DNA of 64,000 bases from the IMG/VR virus record IMGVR_UViG_3300024503_000015, positions 124,001 through 188,000 of that record. One strand, written 5' to 3'. Under the pieces are notes generated by a model that worked only from the letters and a program-made list of their open reading frames with translations, was not told the DNA's origin and searched no databases. Shown in pieces: positions 37,627 to 45,981 of the stretch. How positions within the stretch are numbered: the first letter of the stretch is position 1; every line of letters starts with the position of its first letter. The translations under genes were made by a program, and so were the position numbers.

Positions 37627-39170
37627 TTTACGCCTTCTTCGAGTTCGTCAAGTTTAGCAATTTCATCATCGGTAAATTCTTCACCGTGCTCTAATTGTAC
37701 ACTCTCTTCCTCTACTTCGTCAAACAGTTTGGCAAATTGTGTACTTGCGTTTACAGTCTTCTTACCTACTGCTCCGCGAGTTCCAATAATACTTTGCCAA
37801 AATTTATTATACTCTTCAACGACTTTGTCTGCTTCTGCACGACTACTAGTAGCAAAAATGGCTTCTACTACATCTTTAAAGAATAGTCTATCAAACCGTT
37901 CTTCTACTAACATAGCAGGAACAATGCCCAAATCGTATTGACGATTGGCTTCTTGTACAGCATTAATGTGCATCCAAACATTATGGCCCATTAAGATAGC
38001 GTAACTAAAACTATCCCACGAAGTTTTACCTTCCTTGCCAATCTTGTTTAGATCCCCGGGCCCGTAAATACAAACATCTTTAATTTGAACCCCGTCAATA
38101 ATTGGACTATTGTCAAAGTTTTTAAAATGTCCGTCCTGTACTACTGCATCGCGGAATAGTCTAGTATCTTTACTATATTTTTTATTATCGATACTAGGTA
38201 ACATTCTATATACCCACTTAGTTCTGTCTTGTGTTTCTGTTTGAACGTATACTTGTCCGTTTGCAGTTGCTAAGAATGGACTAGCACAGTCGAAACTAAT
38301 TGTAAAGTTAGGATTGTGATACTTGCGTACAGCACGTTGAATGTCTGTTAATAAACAAGCCCACTCTAATTTACTAGTACCTAAGAAGTGCATCCAGTCT
38401 TGTTTGCCCTGTTCAAGTAATCCGTCAAATCGTAATGCTACTAGGCGTTTTAATACCAAGTGTACATCACACATATTCTGACCACCCATGGCCCAACCGT
38501 TAAATGCACGGTCACCGTAGACAGTAGGATCGCAGTACTTCTTCATTCGGTCATACCAATCGTCTGCATCGGTATGATTTTCACCTTGGAGAACGTTTAA
38601 GAATTTACAATTACCATTGCGATTGTTTACAAACCAATCGTTGTTAATGTAAGTACCTTGAACTGCTTCTGCGTATGTAGTAATGCCTGTGGCTTTTTGT
38701 CCAGCAGGGCTACGAGCTACCCAAGCAGGGATATCAAGACACATACCATAGTCCATTAGACTATCCATCCACTTAAGAACCTGTTCACGTTTCTTTTGTG
38801 CTTTAGGACAGTTGGGATTCTTCCAATCGCCTTCCCATACACCTTTACCAATTTGGAAACCACCGGAGTCGCCTAGTACCCAACTAGTACTGCGATCTCT
38901 ATTACGAAACATATCTTCGCTGTGATCAACTTTGTTAAGGTCTAGATTAGCATGACCTGCACTATACAAGCAGTGGTCATAGTAGAACGCACCTTTTTCC
39001 GGTTCTAAGTAGTTTAGACTTTCTACTCCGTTTTTAAAACTAGCAGGAACTCTTGCCGGATCAACATAGTTTCCATATCTTTGTTTACCTATAAAGGTAC
39101 TATAGAAACCGCTAGTTGCCGGCAAAAAGTATGCGTAGTCGTTTTGTGTTGCGGTTAAATTTTTATTCAT
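37623..39170 (-). CDS. TGT/DpdA-like base-exchange transglycosylase
   Basis: GDSGGFQIG (TGT catalytic Asp motif), LDIP, NVLQG, GWAMGG, HFLG, SFDCASP, late GHN; no CxCxxC Zn cluster of tRNA TGTs visible. Confidence 0.82.
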   Translation of the reverse strand: MNKNLTATQNDYAYFLPATSGFYSTFIGKQRYGNYVDPARVPASFKNGVESLNYLEPEKGAFYYDHCLYSAGHANLDLNKVDHSEDMFRNRDRSTSWVLGDSGGFQIGKGVWEGDWKNPNCPKAQKKREQVLKWMDSLMDYGMCLDIPAWVARSPAGQKATGITTYAEAVQGTYINNDWFVNNRNGNCKFLNVLQGENHTDADDWYDRMKKYCDPTVYGDRAFNGWAMGGQNMCDVHLVLKRLVALRFDGLLEQGKQDWMHFLGTSKLEWACLLTDIQRAVRKYHNPNFTISFDCASPFLATANGQVYVQTETQDRTKWVYRMLPSIDNKKYSKDTRLFRDAVVQDGHFKNFDNSPIIDGVQIKDVCIYGPGDLNKIGKEGKTSWDSFSYAILMGHNVWMHINAVQEANRQYDLGIVPAMLVEERFDRLFFKDVVEAIFATSSRAEADKVVEEYNKFWQSIIGTRGAVGKKTVNASTQFAKLFDEVEEESVQLEHGEEFTDDEIAKLDELEEGVK

Positions 39171-39387
39171 TAAGTTGTATCCAAATTTCGTAGTAAGGGT
39201 CGTAAGCCCAGCCTAACGGAGGATCCAACGGATCATAATGCTCTGGATGCGTCAGGGGAGTTACTGAAATTTTATAACGCTTATTATAAGCCTCGTATAT
39301 TTCTTTTCTAACAGACGCATTAGTATAATCGTGAGCCATTGGACCTTCAGTTATTGTTTCGTAACGATTCCAATTAAATAGTTTCAT
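39163..39387 (-). CDS. Hypothetical protein
   Basis: Co-oriented; start MKLFNW at 39387. Confidence 0.45.
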   Translation of the reverse strand: MKLFNWNRYETITEGPMAHDYTNASVRKEIYEAYNKRYKISVTPLTHPEHYDPLDPPLGWAYDPYYEIWIQLNE

Positions 39388-39737
39388 TTTATTAAATGCT
39401 GTGCCAATACCATACAACTAATCCAAGTCCATACAGTATTAAACCCTACTAAAGTTGGCAAAAACTTTTTATTACTGGCCCAAATTAATGCTAGACTAGT
39501 AGCCAAAGTCAAAAAGTACAACCACCAAAGGCTAATGCCAAAGATTAATCCTGGCACAATAATCAATGCCTTAGCAAACCAACTTACAAATTCTACAGTA
39601 TTATAATTAGTCCAATACTCTTTTGTAAACCACATGCCGTAGCATTCTTTAACTTTTTGCCAACCTGTTCTATGATAAACGATAACCAATAAAACTACGG
39701 CGGCAATGTTAGCGTATAGTAATTGTTCAATAGTCAT
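39384..39737 (-). CDS. Small multi-pass membrane protein
   Basis: Three to four hydrophobic segments. Confidence 0.6.
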   Translation of the reverse strand: MTIEQLLYANIAAVVLLVIVYHRTGWQKVKECYGMWFTKEYWTNYNTVEFVSWFAKALIIVPGLIFGISLWWLYFLTLATSLALIWASNKKFLPTLVGFNTVWTWISCMVLAQHLIK

Positions 39738-39739
39738 GA

Positions 39740-40474
39740 TTATTTGCTCTGTGCTGGCAAGATGTAATCATATACAGCAACACCGCTGTCAACAGTAATC
39801 TGCATAGCACCTGCATCTGCAATCTTCATAGTAATATTACCATCGAGATTTAAAATGCTTTGTACTTGTGCAACAGGCCATGACCATGTGTGCTTTAACT
39901 TGCCGCCAACATCGTGTTGGAATACAAAAGAACCTGCGTGTGTACTTGCATCACCGAAGAAGAATACAAGATTGTTATCTTCTGTACGAACTTGGAAAAC
40001 AGTTTCTTCACTGTGTGCCGCACTTTGTAACTTCAAACGACCAATTGCCGCCATGCTTGGTTCAAACTCAACTTCCCATGTTGCACCTTTGAACTTAACA
40101 GATTTTAGTTTTTCGTTAATAAGTTCTGATGCCATGAAACGATAATCGTTTTGGAAGTCACCTGCTTGGTTTTCAAAGTGCAAACCTACTGGAACTGTGT
40201 TGCCGTTACGTTCCGCAGTAACTACATCGATCTTTGCGTTTTCTTTATACTCTGGATTCTTCAAGTGAAGATTTAACTTGTCCAAGTTTGGCATACCAAA
40301 TGTGCCATCAAACTCTGATACTGGCTTGTGTGCAGTAGCAGTAACAATAACGCTACGATCCTCTGCCATTGATTCGATAGTTGTGCTATCTTTAGCACCT
40401 GTAATTTTTACCAAAGGCAAAAAGCCTAGGCTATGTGTATGTGCTACGATGTCGGTTAGAATATCTTTAATCAT
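39740..40474 (-). CDS. DNA polymerase sliding clamp (T4 gp45-like)
   Basis: 244 aa, adjacent to the polymerase; FGMPNLDKL...L and C-terminal YxYILP pattern of phage clamps. Confidence 0.7.
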   Translation of the reverse strand: MIKDILTDIVAHTHSLGFLPLVKITGAKDSTTIESMAEDRSVIVTATAHKPVSEFDGTFGMPNLDKLNLHLKNPEYKENAKIDVVTAERNGNTVPVGLHFENQAGDFQNDYRFMASELINEKLKSVKFKGATWEVEFEPSMAAIGRLKLQSAAHSEETVFQVRTEDNNLVFFFGDASTHAGSFVFQHDVGGKLKHTWSWPVAQVQSILNLDGNITMKIADAGAMQITVDSGVAVYDYILPAQSK

Positions 40475-40495
40475 TTATAGTTCTCCTTAATGTTG

Positions 40496-40524
40496 ATTAT
40501 ATTTAGGTTTTTGGTCAAAGTCAA
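40496..40524 (-). promoter_or_regulatory. sigma70 promoter with embedded CTAAATA, upstream of the clamp
   Basis: TTGACT-17 nt-TATAAT; spacer TTGACCAAAAACCTAAA. Confidence 0.75.
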
Positions 40525-40528
40525 GTCT

Positions 40529-43198
40529 TTAAAACTCAAACAGTTGATTAAATGTGTTCTTTTCTTCTGTGGATTTAATATCCCAGTTAAGAACTCCAAT
40601 TAAGTTTTCTAGTTTGTTATCTATAATAGTTTGTTCCATTTCTGCATCGTCGAATGGAAGTTCCATAAACCATTTAGGCAAACGTAGTTCGTCTACAGGA
40701 TATGCTACCGATGTGTACCCTAGCGGATTTGCTTTGAGTTTACATACAATAACTTTTTGGCCGTCTGTGACCTGCATACTATACTTGTCCGAATTCATTC
40801 GACGCAGAGTATTCCAATTAATACTTGCACGAACGTGTCCAGGCATATTAGCCTTGCCCTGTTTCTTTTCTTTGGCTTCGTACTCAGTAATGTTGTTGGC
40901 TCGCTTAGGAGAACCTTTCTCCCAACCAGGACGGGCCTTAAACTCTGTACGGAATTGAGTAATGTGATCTAATACTTGTTCTTCTGTAGCACCAGTTAGA
41001 ACTTTCTCAAGTACATCACTTAAAAAGTCTTGAATAAATGCAGGAGTATCACTGCGCTTCAAGTCTAAGCCCATGGCCTTGATCTTGCCTGGTTTACCAT
41101 CTACGTCTGCACGTTTGCCTTCTTTATCATAGTAAAGTACAGCATAACGTTTCTTAGTAATAAACAATCCTTTACTAGCAACAATTTCTCGACCTGCTCG
41201 AATAACATCACCACGACTTGGCGGGCAATGAAATGCCTGCTCCATAAACTTAACGAATGTACTGTTTACTTCCTCGCCAATTTGGTCATAGAGTGCAGTA
41301 ACGTTTTCCTTAGTCCAAGGAATAACTCCAGATTCGATGTCTTTCTTTAATGTAGTATATGCACTGAAATAACAAGAGTCTGTATCACCATAGATAACTG
41401 CCTTACCTACGTGATTGTATTCACCTGTGATAATTTCATTTACTTTACTAGCCATGTGTTTGGCAATTTGTCTACCGACTAGAGTAGTTGACTGTCCAAT
41501 ACGTTTATCGAAGAATCTACAACCTGGGTTAAGAATAGCACCATACAAACTGTTCAAGTTAATCTTTTTAACTAACTGACGTTTATCCCAATACTCTTCT
41601 TCGACCTTGTTACCTGCCTGAATACATTCTTTTAATTTGGCCTGCATTTCTTTACGTTCAGCATACCAACGCTTTAACAGTCCAGGAATAATACCTTCCT
41701 TTTCGTAGGTAAAGATTGTACCATTTGCCGAAAGCATCCAAGGCTGATGACTATCAAAAATAACTTTATATACTTCTGCACCACTGTGTACAGTACTGTT
41801 GCCATCTTCCCAGTCTATGGTAATTTCCACATCTTTACGTTGTGCCATAACTGCTTCGTATTCGTCAGTTCCAAACTTGCCTTCCCAACTGCCTGCAAAC
41901 GATTTCTTTTTAAGAGTCATTTGTTCATGGATAAATGCTTCTGTCATTGTAGGACGTAATTGACCTACAATAGTTTCCGGACCCATGTTAAGCGCACGAA
42001 TGGCGCTTGGATAAAGACTGTTAATATCCAGCGATCCAATCCAATCTTGCAGACCTTCTTTCGGATGTGCTACATAAGCACCAGCAGCCGCAGTATTTTC
42101 ATCGTCATCTCGTTTAGGACGATTAGGAACTTGGAAACCTCTACGATGCGCTTCGTTAATAATAGCCTGTTCGGTAACAGCCACAGCACCCATTGTAGTC
42201 TGTAATAATACAGTATTTTCATGTGCAATTTTATTAGCAAGGTCAATGAATTTAAGTTTTTCATCTAGTTTGTTTAATAGTGCAACGTCTTGTCTGTTAT
42301 ACACAATAAATCTTTTAAAGTCATTGTTGTATAGTTGATCAAGTGTGCCTTCGTAAACAGTTTTGTTCTCGCCAATTTCCATTTCACCGATGGCATCTAA
42401 TCGATAGGTGTGTCGTTCTTCGTAGGTAAACTTGCGATAAAGTTCTAGACTGTCTAAGTGTACACGACCAATTAAGTCATATGTTTGTGCAGTCTTGCCA
42501 TACTTTTCATATTCTCTACGTTTAGGAAATTGATTCCATAGACAGAAACGTCTTGTATCTTCTTTACTTAACACCTGTGTCACACGGTTAACAGTATAAG
42601 GAATATCATAGCCTTCGCTGTTCCAACCTGTGATAATGTCTGCATCTTGAATTAAATCTAAGAATGTTTCCAACATATCTGCTTCATTAGTAAACAGATG
42701 TGTATCTGGAATATCGGCTACTAACGCTTCGGCTTCAGCAAAGGTTAATGTCTTTGGAGGAAGAGCCAGTGTAATTAATTTGTCTAACCATTTTAGGTGA
42801 ACTGTGATAGCAGTAATTGGCATAAACGCATCTTCAGGAGTGCTATAGCCGCGTTCTGGATCGAAGTCCACCTCAATGTCGAAGAAGCAAATATTTAGAT
42901 TAGGTGCATCTTGATTTAGATAGTTTTCGCTTAGATGTACAAAAATTGGATTGATGTCGCTTTCGTATAAGTCCTTACCACTGTTAATGGCTAATTCTTT
43001 TCGAAAGTCTTTGGTGTTTTTACAAACTACCCTAGTCAGCGGATCGCCGTAAATGCTAGTAAACTTGCCTTTTTGATCCGGATAGTAAAACGTGTAGCGT
43101 ACAGGATGTTCTTTGAAAACCCGTTCGCCTTGGTCGTTTCGCTCTACGACCTTAATAATATCATTCTCTCTGTCAAAGAGAGCGTCAACGTAACTCAT
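40529..43198 (-). CDS. Family B DNA polymerase (T4 gp43-like), no intein
   Basis: Exo motifs FFDIEVD, GWNSEGYDIPY, YNRQDV; Pol motifs SLDINSLYPS, KINLNSLYG, YGDTDS, KKRYA. Confidence 0.96.
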   Translation of the reverse strand: MSYVDALFDRENDIIKVVERNDQGERVFKEHPVRYTFYYPDQKGKFTSIYGDPLTRVVCKNTKDFRKELAINSGKDLYESDINPIFVHLSENYLNQDAPNLNICFFDIEVDFDPERGYSTPEDAFMPITAITVHLKWLDKLITLALPPKTLTFAEAEALVADIPDTHLFTNEADMLETFLDLIQDADIITGWNSEGYDIPYTVNRVTQVLSKEDTRRFCLWNQFPKRREYEKYGKTAQTYDLIGRVHLDSLELYRKFTYEERHTYRLDAIGEMEIGENKTVYEGTLDQLYNNDFKRFIVYNRQDVALLNKLDEKLKFIDLANKIAHENTVLLQTTMGAVAVTEQAIINEAHRRGFQVPNRPKRDDDENTAAAGAYVAHPKEGLQDWIGSLDINSLYPSAIRALNMGPETIVGQLRPTMTEAFIHEQMTLKKKSFAGSWEGKFGTDEYEAVMAQRKDVEITIDWEDGNSTVHSGAEVYKVIFDSHQPWMLSANGTIFTYEKEGIIPGLLKRWYAERKEMQAKLKECIQAGNKVEEEYWDKRQLVKKINLNSLYGAILNPGCRFFDKRIGQSTTLVGRQIAKHMASKVNEIITGEYNHVGKAVIYGDTDSCYFSAYTTLKKDIESGVIPWTKENVTALYDQIGEEVNSTFVKFMEQAFHCPPSRGDVIRAGREIVASKGLFITKKRYAVLYYDKEGKRADVDGKPGKIKAMGLDLKRSDTPAFIQDFLSDVLEKVLTGATEEQVLDHITQFRTEFKARPGWEKGSPKRANNITEYEAKEKKQGKANMPGHVRASINWNTLRRMNSDKYSMQVTDGQKVIVCKLKANPLGYTSVAYPVDELRLPKWFMELPFDDAEMEQTIIDNKLENLIGVLNWDIKSTEEKNTFNQLFEF

Positions 43199-43210
43199 AT
43201 TTTAATTTTT

Positions 43211-43263
43211 CTCCTATGCCATTTAGGGCTGGCAAATACCAAACAAGTCATTTGTGGCTGACT
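43211..43263 (-). promoter_or_regulatory. Twin stem-loop element abutting the polymerase Shine-Dalgarno (candidate translational operator)
   Basis: mRNA sense AGUCA-GCCACAAA-UGACU...UGCCA-GCCCUAAA-UGGCA-U-AGGAG. Confidence 0.65.
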
Positions 43264-43278
43264 AAACCTTTCTTTATA

Positions 43279-43572
43279 TTAGTTAATTAGCATTCTGATC
43301 AAGCCAACTGTGTCGATAGTGGTTAGCAAGATATAGTTGGCTAGCATACCAAATGATTTTCTAGTATAAGCGGCCCACGCATACATCGCACAGCCGCTAA
43401 TCCATACAGGATACAGAGCAAGCAATGGCGGATTAGGTACAGTAACGGCCATAGTAATACTACAGCCAATACTAACAGCCCAGGCAAGTAACTCAACAAT
43501 AAATCGAAATGGATGACTATTCCAGTCATCCTTGATCCATTGTATAGTTGGCCCAAAAATAGCGTCTATCAT
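43279..43572 (-). CDS. Small membrane protein, 97 aa
   Basis: Three hydrophobic helices. Confidence 0.6.
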   Translation of the reverse strand: MIDAIFGPTIQWIKDDWNSHPFRFIVELLAWAVSIGCSITMAVTVPNPPLLALYPVWISGCAMYAWAAYTRKSFGMLANYILLTTIDTVGLIRMLIN

Positions 43573-43829
43573 TTGTCTTTGCCAACAGTAACGATAATTG
43601 TTTCTAAATCATCGAAATCACTGAATACATCGTTCCAGTTGCCTTTGTGTGCAATACTGATTGCTTTGTTAATTAGTGCAGGTTTGATTTCTAATTCTTC
43701 TGCTACTGCCTTAACTGTTTCTTTTAAGCCTTCTGTCAGACTTTCAATTTCATATTTGACTTGAACGCCTTCGTTAATTAGTCGCTCTAGTTTGGCCTTT
43801 TCTTCTGGTCCATAGGTTCTATTGCCCAT
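43569..43829 (-). CDS. Small dsDNA-binding protein (T4 DsbA/GapR-like)
   Basis: Size and helical pattern (EKAKLERLINEG...LKETVKAVAEELEIKPALINKAISIAHK) recall T4 DsbA. Confidence 0.55.
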   Translation of the reverse strand: MGNRTYGPEEKAKLERLINEGVQVKYEIESLTEGLKETVKAVAEELEIKPALINKAISIAHKGNWNDVFSDFDDLETIIVTVGKDK

Positions 43830-43853
43830 GATATCTCCTTAGTAATAAGTTTA

Positions 43854-43882
43854 ATTATATATGTTTATTTGATCAGAGTCAA
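43854..43882 (-). promoter_or_regulatory. sigma70 promoter for the dsbA-like/polymerase unit
   Basis: TTGACT-17 nt-TATAAT. Confidence 0.8.
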
Positions 43883-43902
43883 CGAATATTTTGTCAAAAG
43901 AC

Positions 43903-43928
43903 AAAAAAAGCGGCCGAAGCCGCTTTTT
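43903..43928 (-). terminator. Rho-independent terminator
   Basis: AAAAAGCGGC-TTCG-GCCGC-TTTTTTT on the minus strand (C(UUCG)G loop); bidirectional. Confidence 0.92.
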
Positions 43929-43941
43929 AAGTGTTAGTATT

Positions 43942-45720
43942 TTACTTTGCTGGAGCCGCAGGTGCTGCCGCAGGAGCCGCAGGTTGTTGTCCGCCTGCTG
44001 CCTTAGCCTTTTTAAGTTTGTCTAACTTGGAAATTACAACATCTAGACGTTTTTGGACATCTGCTGGTAAGCCTGCTTTGATTGCAGGATCTTGTCCATA
44101 TTGATCTAGAACTTTCAAATGCTTCTGTAGTTCTGCTAGATCTTTTGGATCCATTTCAATGTCACCGCCGCTAAATGCTTTCCATAGTGCGCCTAGTGCC
44201 AATGCCCCACCAACAGCGGCAGTTGCAATAGCCGCTTTTGGATTCTTTAGTACACCAAGTGCCTTTGATCCTGCGCCTTTGACAAAGTCCATGGCACGTT
44301 GTCCCCAACTTGGTTTTGGAGTAATGTCTCTGAATGGAACATCGATGACGTTTGGATTAGCACCACCTGGTGTAGATAGTGCCGGTAGTTTGCCGCCAGG
44401 ACCAGGTAGTGCTGGCACAGGTGCTTCACTTAGATAATCTCTTGTAATAGCAATTTGTTCTGCTTCGCTAAAGTATTTGATATTTTTCATAACAAACGCT
44501 CTTGCTTCGTTTTCAGTCATTGCTAATACATCTTCTTCAGTTACACTTTCAGAAATTTTGTACTTAGTAACGATTGCTTCGATAGCAGTTAATGATTGTG
44601 TTAACTGACTACGTGCAACGATATTTTTACCGTCTGCCAATAGTGTAGATAGTTCAGGAGTAACTTTACCAGTTTCTGGTTTGCCTGCCATCTTTTCAAA
44701 TGCTTTAATACCAGCAACAGTTTTAGGACCCATCTTACCATCGATTGGACCAGGGTCAACACCTAATGCTTTTAGTTGTTCTTGAATTTTCTGAATTGCA
44801 GGATCTGCACCAGCAGTCTTCTTATCTTGTGCAGTCTTATCTTGTGCAGTCTTGTCTTGAGATGCTTTAGTATCAGCGGCAACTTTATCTGCTTCTGCAC
44901 TTGCGGCATCTAAGTCTTTATCCATCTTTGCATCGTATTTTGCTTTTTCGGCTGCTTCAACATCTGCAACAGTTTTCTTAGCATCATCGATTGCTTTACG
45001 TACTTCTGGATCATCTCCTAAAGTTTCTAATTCGTCAATTAACGCATTAATTTGATCTGCCACTGCCTTGGCTTCTGGACTTAGTTGCTCTTGCATTGGT
45101 ACATCACCAACTACGTCTTGGAATTCTCTCATCAATGATTCAAAGATACTTCCTTCACCAACTTTTAATCCACCAAGTTTTGGAGCATTAGCAGTCATGC
45201 CTGGCATCTTAAGTCCAGTTCCGCTACTTGCTGTTCCGGTATCTGATCCACCAGTAATAGATTGTAACTTTTTAACCAAGTCCGCTAATTGCGGAAGTTT
45301 TTCTGCTTTAATTTCGGCAGTCTGGCGATCTTTATTAACTTTGTCACTAGTACCTTTAACTGCGGTATCGTGTTCGCCTTTGTCGTCGCCACGGAACATA
45401 CGTCCTAGTGCTGTAGATGTTTTTGCGTTTTGTGGAACTAAACCTAGATCTGCAAGTGTTTTATCTGCGCTTGATGTTGCAGTTGCGGCAATACTGTATT
45501 TGCCACCCATGCTGTTTGGCTGTCCTTGCTTGCCAACAAAGTAACCGCTAACAGGATCATACAAACCTGGTAGTTTGTGTTTCCATGCTAGGTCATTAAG
45601 GATCTCTGCACGTTCTTGCTCGTCTGATTTACCAGCAACTGCGGCTTCAACGTCTTTGATTGTGATAGCCTCTGCAAGTACTACAGTATCCAATTTGTTT
45701 AGAATTGATCTAATATCCAT
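43942..45720 (-). CDS. Probable capsid-internal/ejection protein with peptidoglycan-binding domain
   Basis: IQEQLKALGVDPGPIDGKMGPKTVAGIKAFEK is a PG_binding_1 signature; hydrophobic AAIATAAVGGALALGALW; late-like promoter upstream. Confidence 0.7.
   Translation of the reverse strand: MDIRSILNKLDTVVLAEAITIKDVEAAVAGKSDEQERAEILNDLAWKHKLPGLYDPVSGYFVGKQGQPNSMGGKYSIAATATSSADKTLADLGLVPQNAKTSTALGRMFRGDDKGEHDTAVKGTSDKVNKDRQTAEIKAEKLPQLADLVKKLQSITGGSDTGTASSGTGLKMPGMTANAPKLGGLKVGEGSIFESLMREFQDVVGDVPMQEQLSPEAKAVADQINALIDELETLGDDPEVRKAIDDAKKTVADVEAAEKAKYDAKMDKDLDAASAEADKVAADTKASQDKTAQDKTAQDKKTAGADPAIQKIQEQLKALGVDPGPIDGKMGPKTVAGIKAFEKMAGKPETGKVTPELSTLLADGKNIVARSQLTQSLTAIEAIVTKYKISESVTEEDVLAMTENEARAFVMKNIKYFSEAEQIAITRDYLSEAPVPALPGPGGKLPALSTPGGANPNVIDVPFRDITPKPSWGQRAMDFVKGAGSKALGVLKNPKAAIATAAVGGALALGALWKAFSGGDIEMDPKDLAELQKHLKVLDQYGQDPAIKAGLPADVQKRLDVVISKLDKLKKAKAAGGQQPAAPAAAPAAPAK
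44821..44861 (+). repeat. 15-bp coding tandem repeat (QDKTA), about 2.7 copies
   Basis: CTTATCTTGTGCAGT twice plus a degenerate third copy. Confidence 0.8.
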
Positions 45721-45746
45721 TTGTTTGTCCCCAAAATCTTATTAAG

Positions 45747-45754
45747 TATTTATC
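45747..45754 (-). promoter_or_regulatory. Late-like promoter GATAAATA
   Basis: 26 nt before the ATG at 45720. Confidence 0.6.
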
Positions 45755-45755
45755 A

Positions 45756-45840
45756 GTGCTCACTTTAAATCGTCAGGGTAGCGAATCCGTTGATTAGCCC
45801 AGCAGCCGGGCACATAACCCCAAACGGTCCTAGGGTATGT
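45756..45840 (-). ncRNA. Candidate pseudoknotted structured RNA
   Basis: GC-rich intergenic stretch; P1 ACAUACCCUA/UGGGGUUAUGU, P2 GCCCGG/CUGGGC, loop CCGUU complementary to downstream AACGG. Confidence 0.45.
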
Positions 45841-45842
45841 TC

Positions 45843-45941
45843 TTACAATTCATAAGGAATTCCGGCTAATCCGCATCCAAAGCGAGCTAACCCTTCTACA
45901 ATGTCATTAAACAGGGCTGTAAGGGTTTCTCGGACGGTCAT
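45843..45941 (-). CDS. Micro-ORF, 32 aa (MTVRETLTALFNDIVEGLARFGCGLAGIPYEL)
   Basis: Translated by hand; amphipathic helix; overlaps the 24 aa ORF in another frame. Confidence 0.4.
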   Translation of the reverse strand: MTVRETLTALFNDIVEGLARFGCGLAGIPYEL

Positions 45942-45981
45942 AGCCATCTTCCTCTGGGTAAACTGGATATTCGTTTTCCAT
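45907..45981 (-). CDS. Micro-ORF, 24 aa (MENEYPVYPEEDGYDRPRNPYSPV)
   Basis: ATG overlaps the dps stop (TAATG), suggesting translational coupling. Confidence 0.5.
   Translation of the reverse strand: MENEYPVYPEEDGYDRPRNPYSPV

Noticed and set aside
37623-39170. Ordinary tRNA-guanine transglycosylase (tgt)
   Set aside because: It lacks the visible CxCxxC Zn motif, is longer, and sits with phage replication and precursor genes; a DNA-acting role is favoured but not proven, so no gene symbol was given.
40529-43198. Intein or intron in the DNA polymerase or thyA
   Set aside because: Lengths and motif spacing are normal; no intein C-terminal HN or homing-endonuclease motifs.
44821-44861. QDKTA tandem repeat and KKKEEP repeat (52341-52410) as contingency loci
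   Set aside because: Short, in-frame, multiple-of-three linker repeats; no frameshifting potential.
45756-45980. tRNA or tmRNA in the dps-downstream gap
   Set aside because: No cloverleaf, T-loop GTTCRA or CCA end; GGATTCG alone is not enough for tmRNA. Kept as an unassigned RNA candidate.
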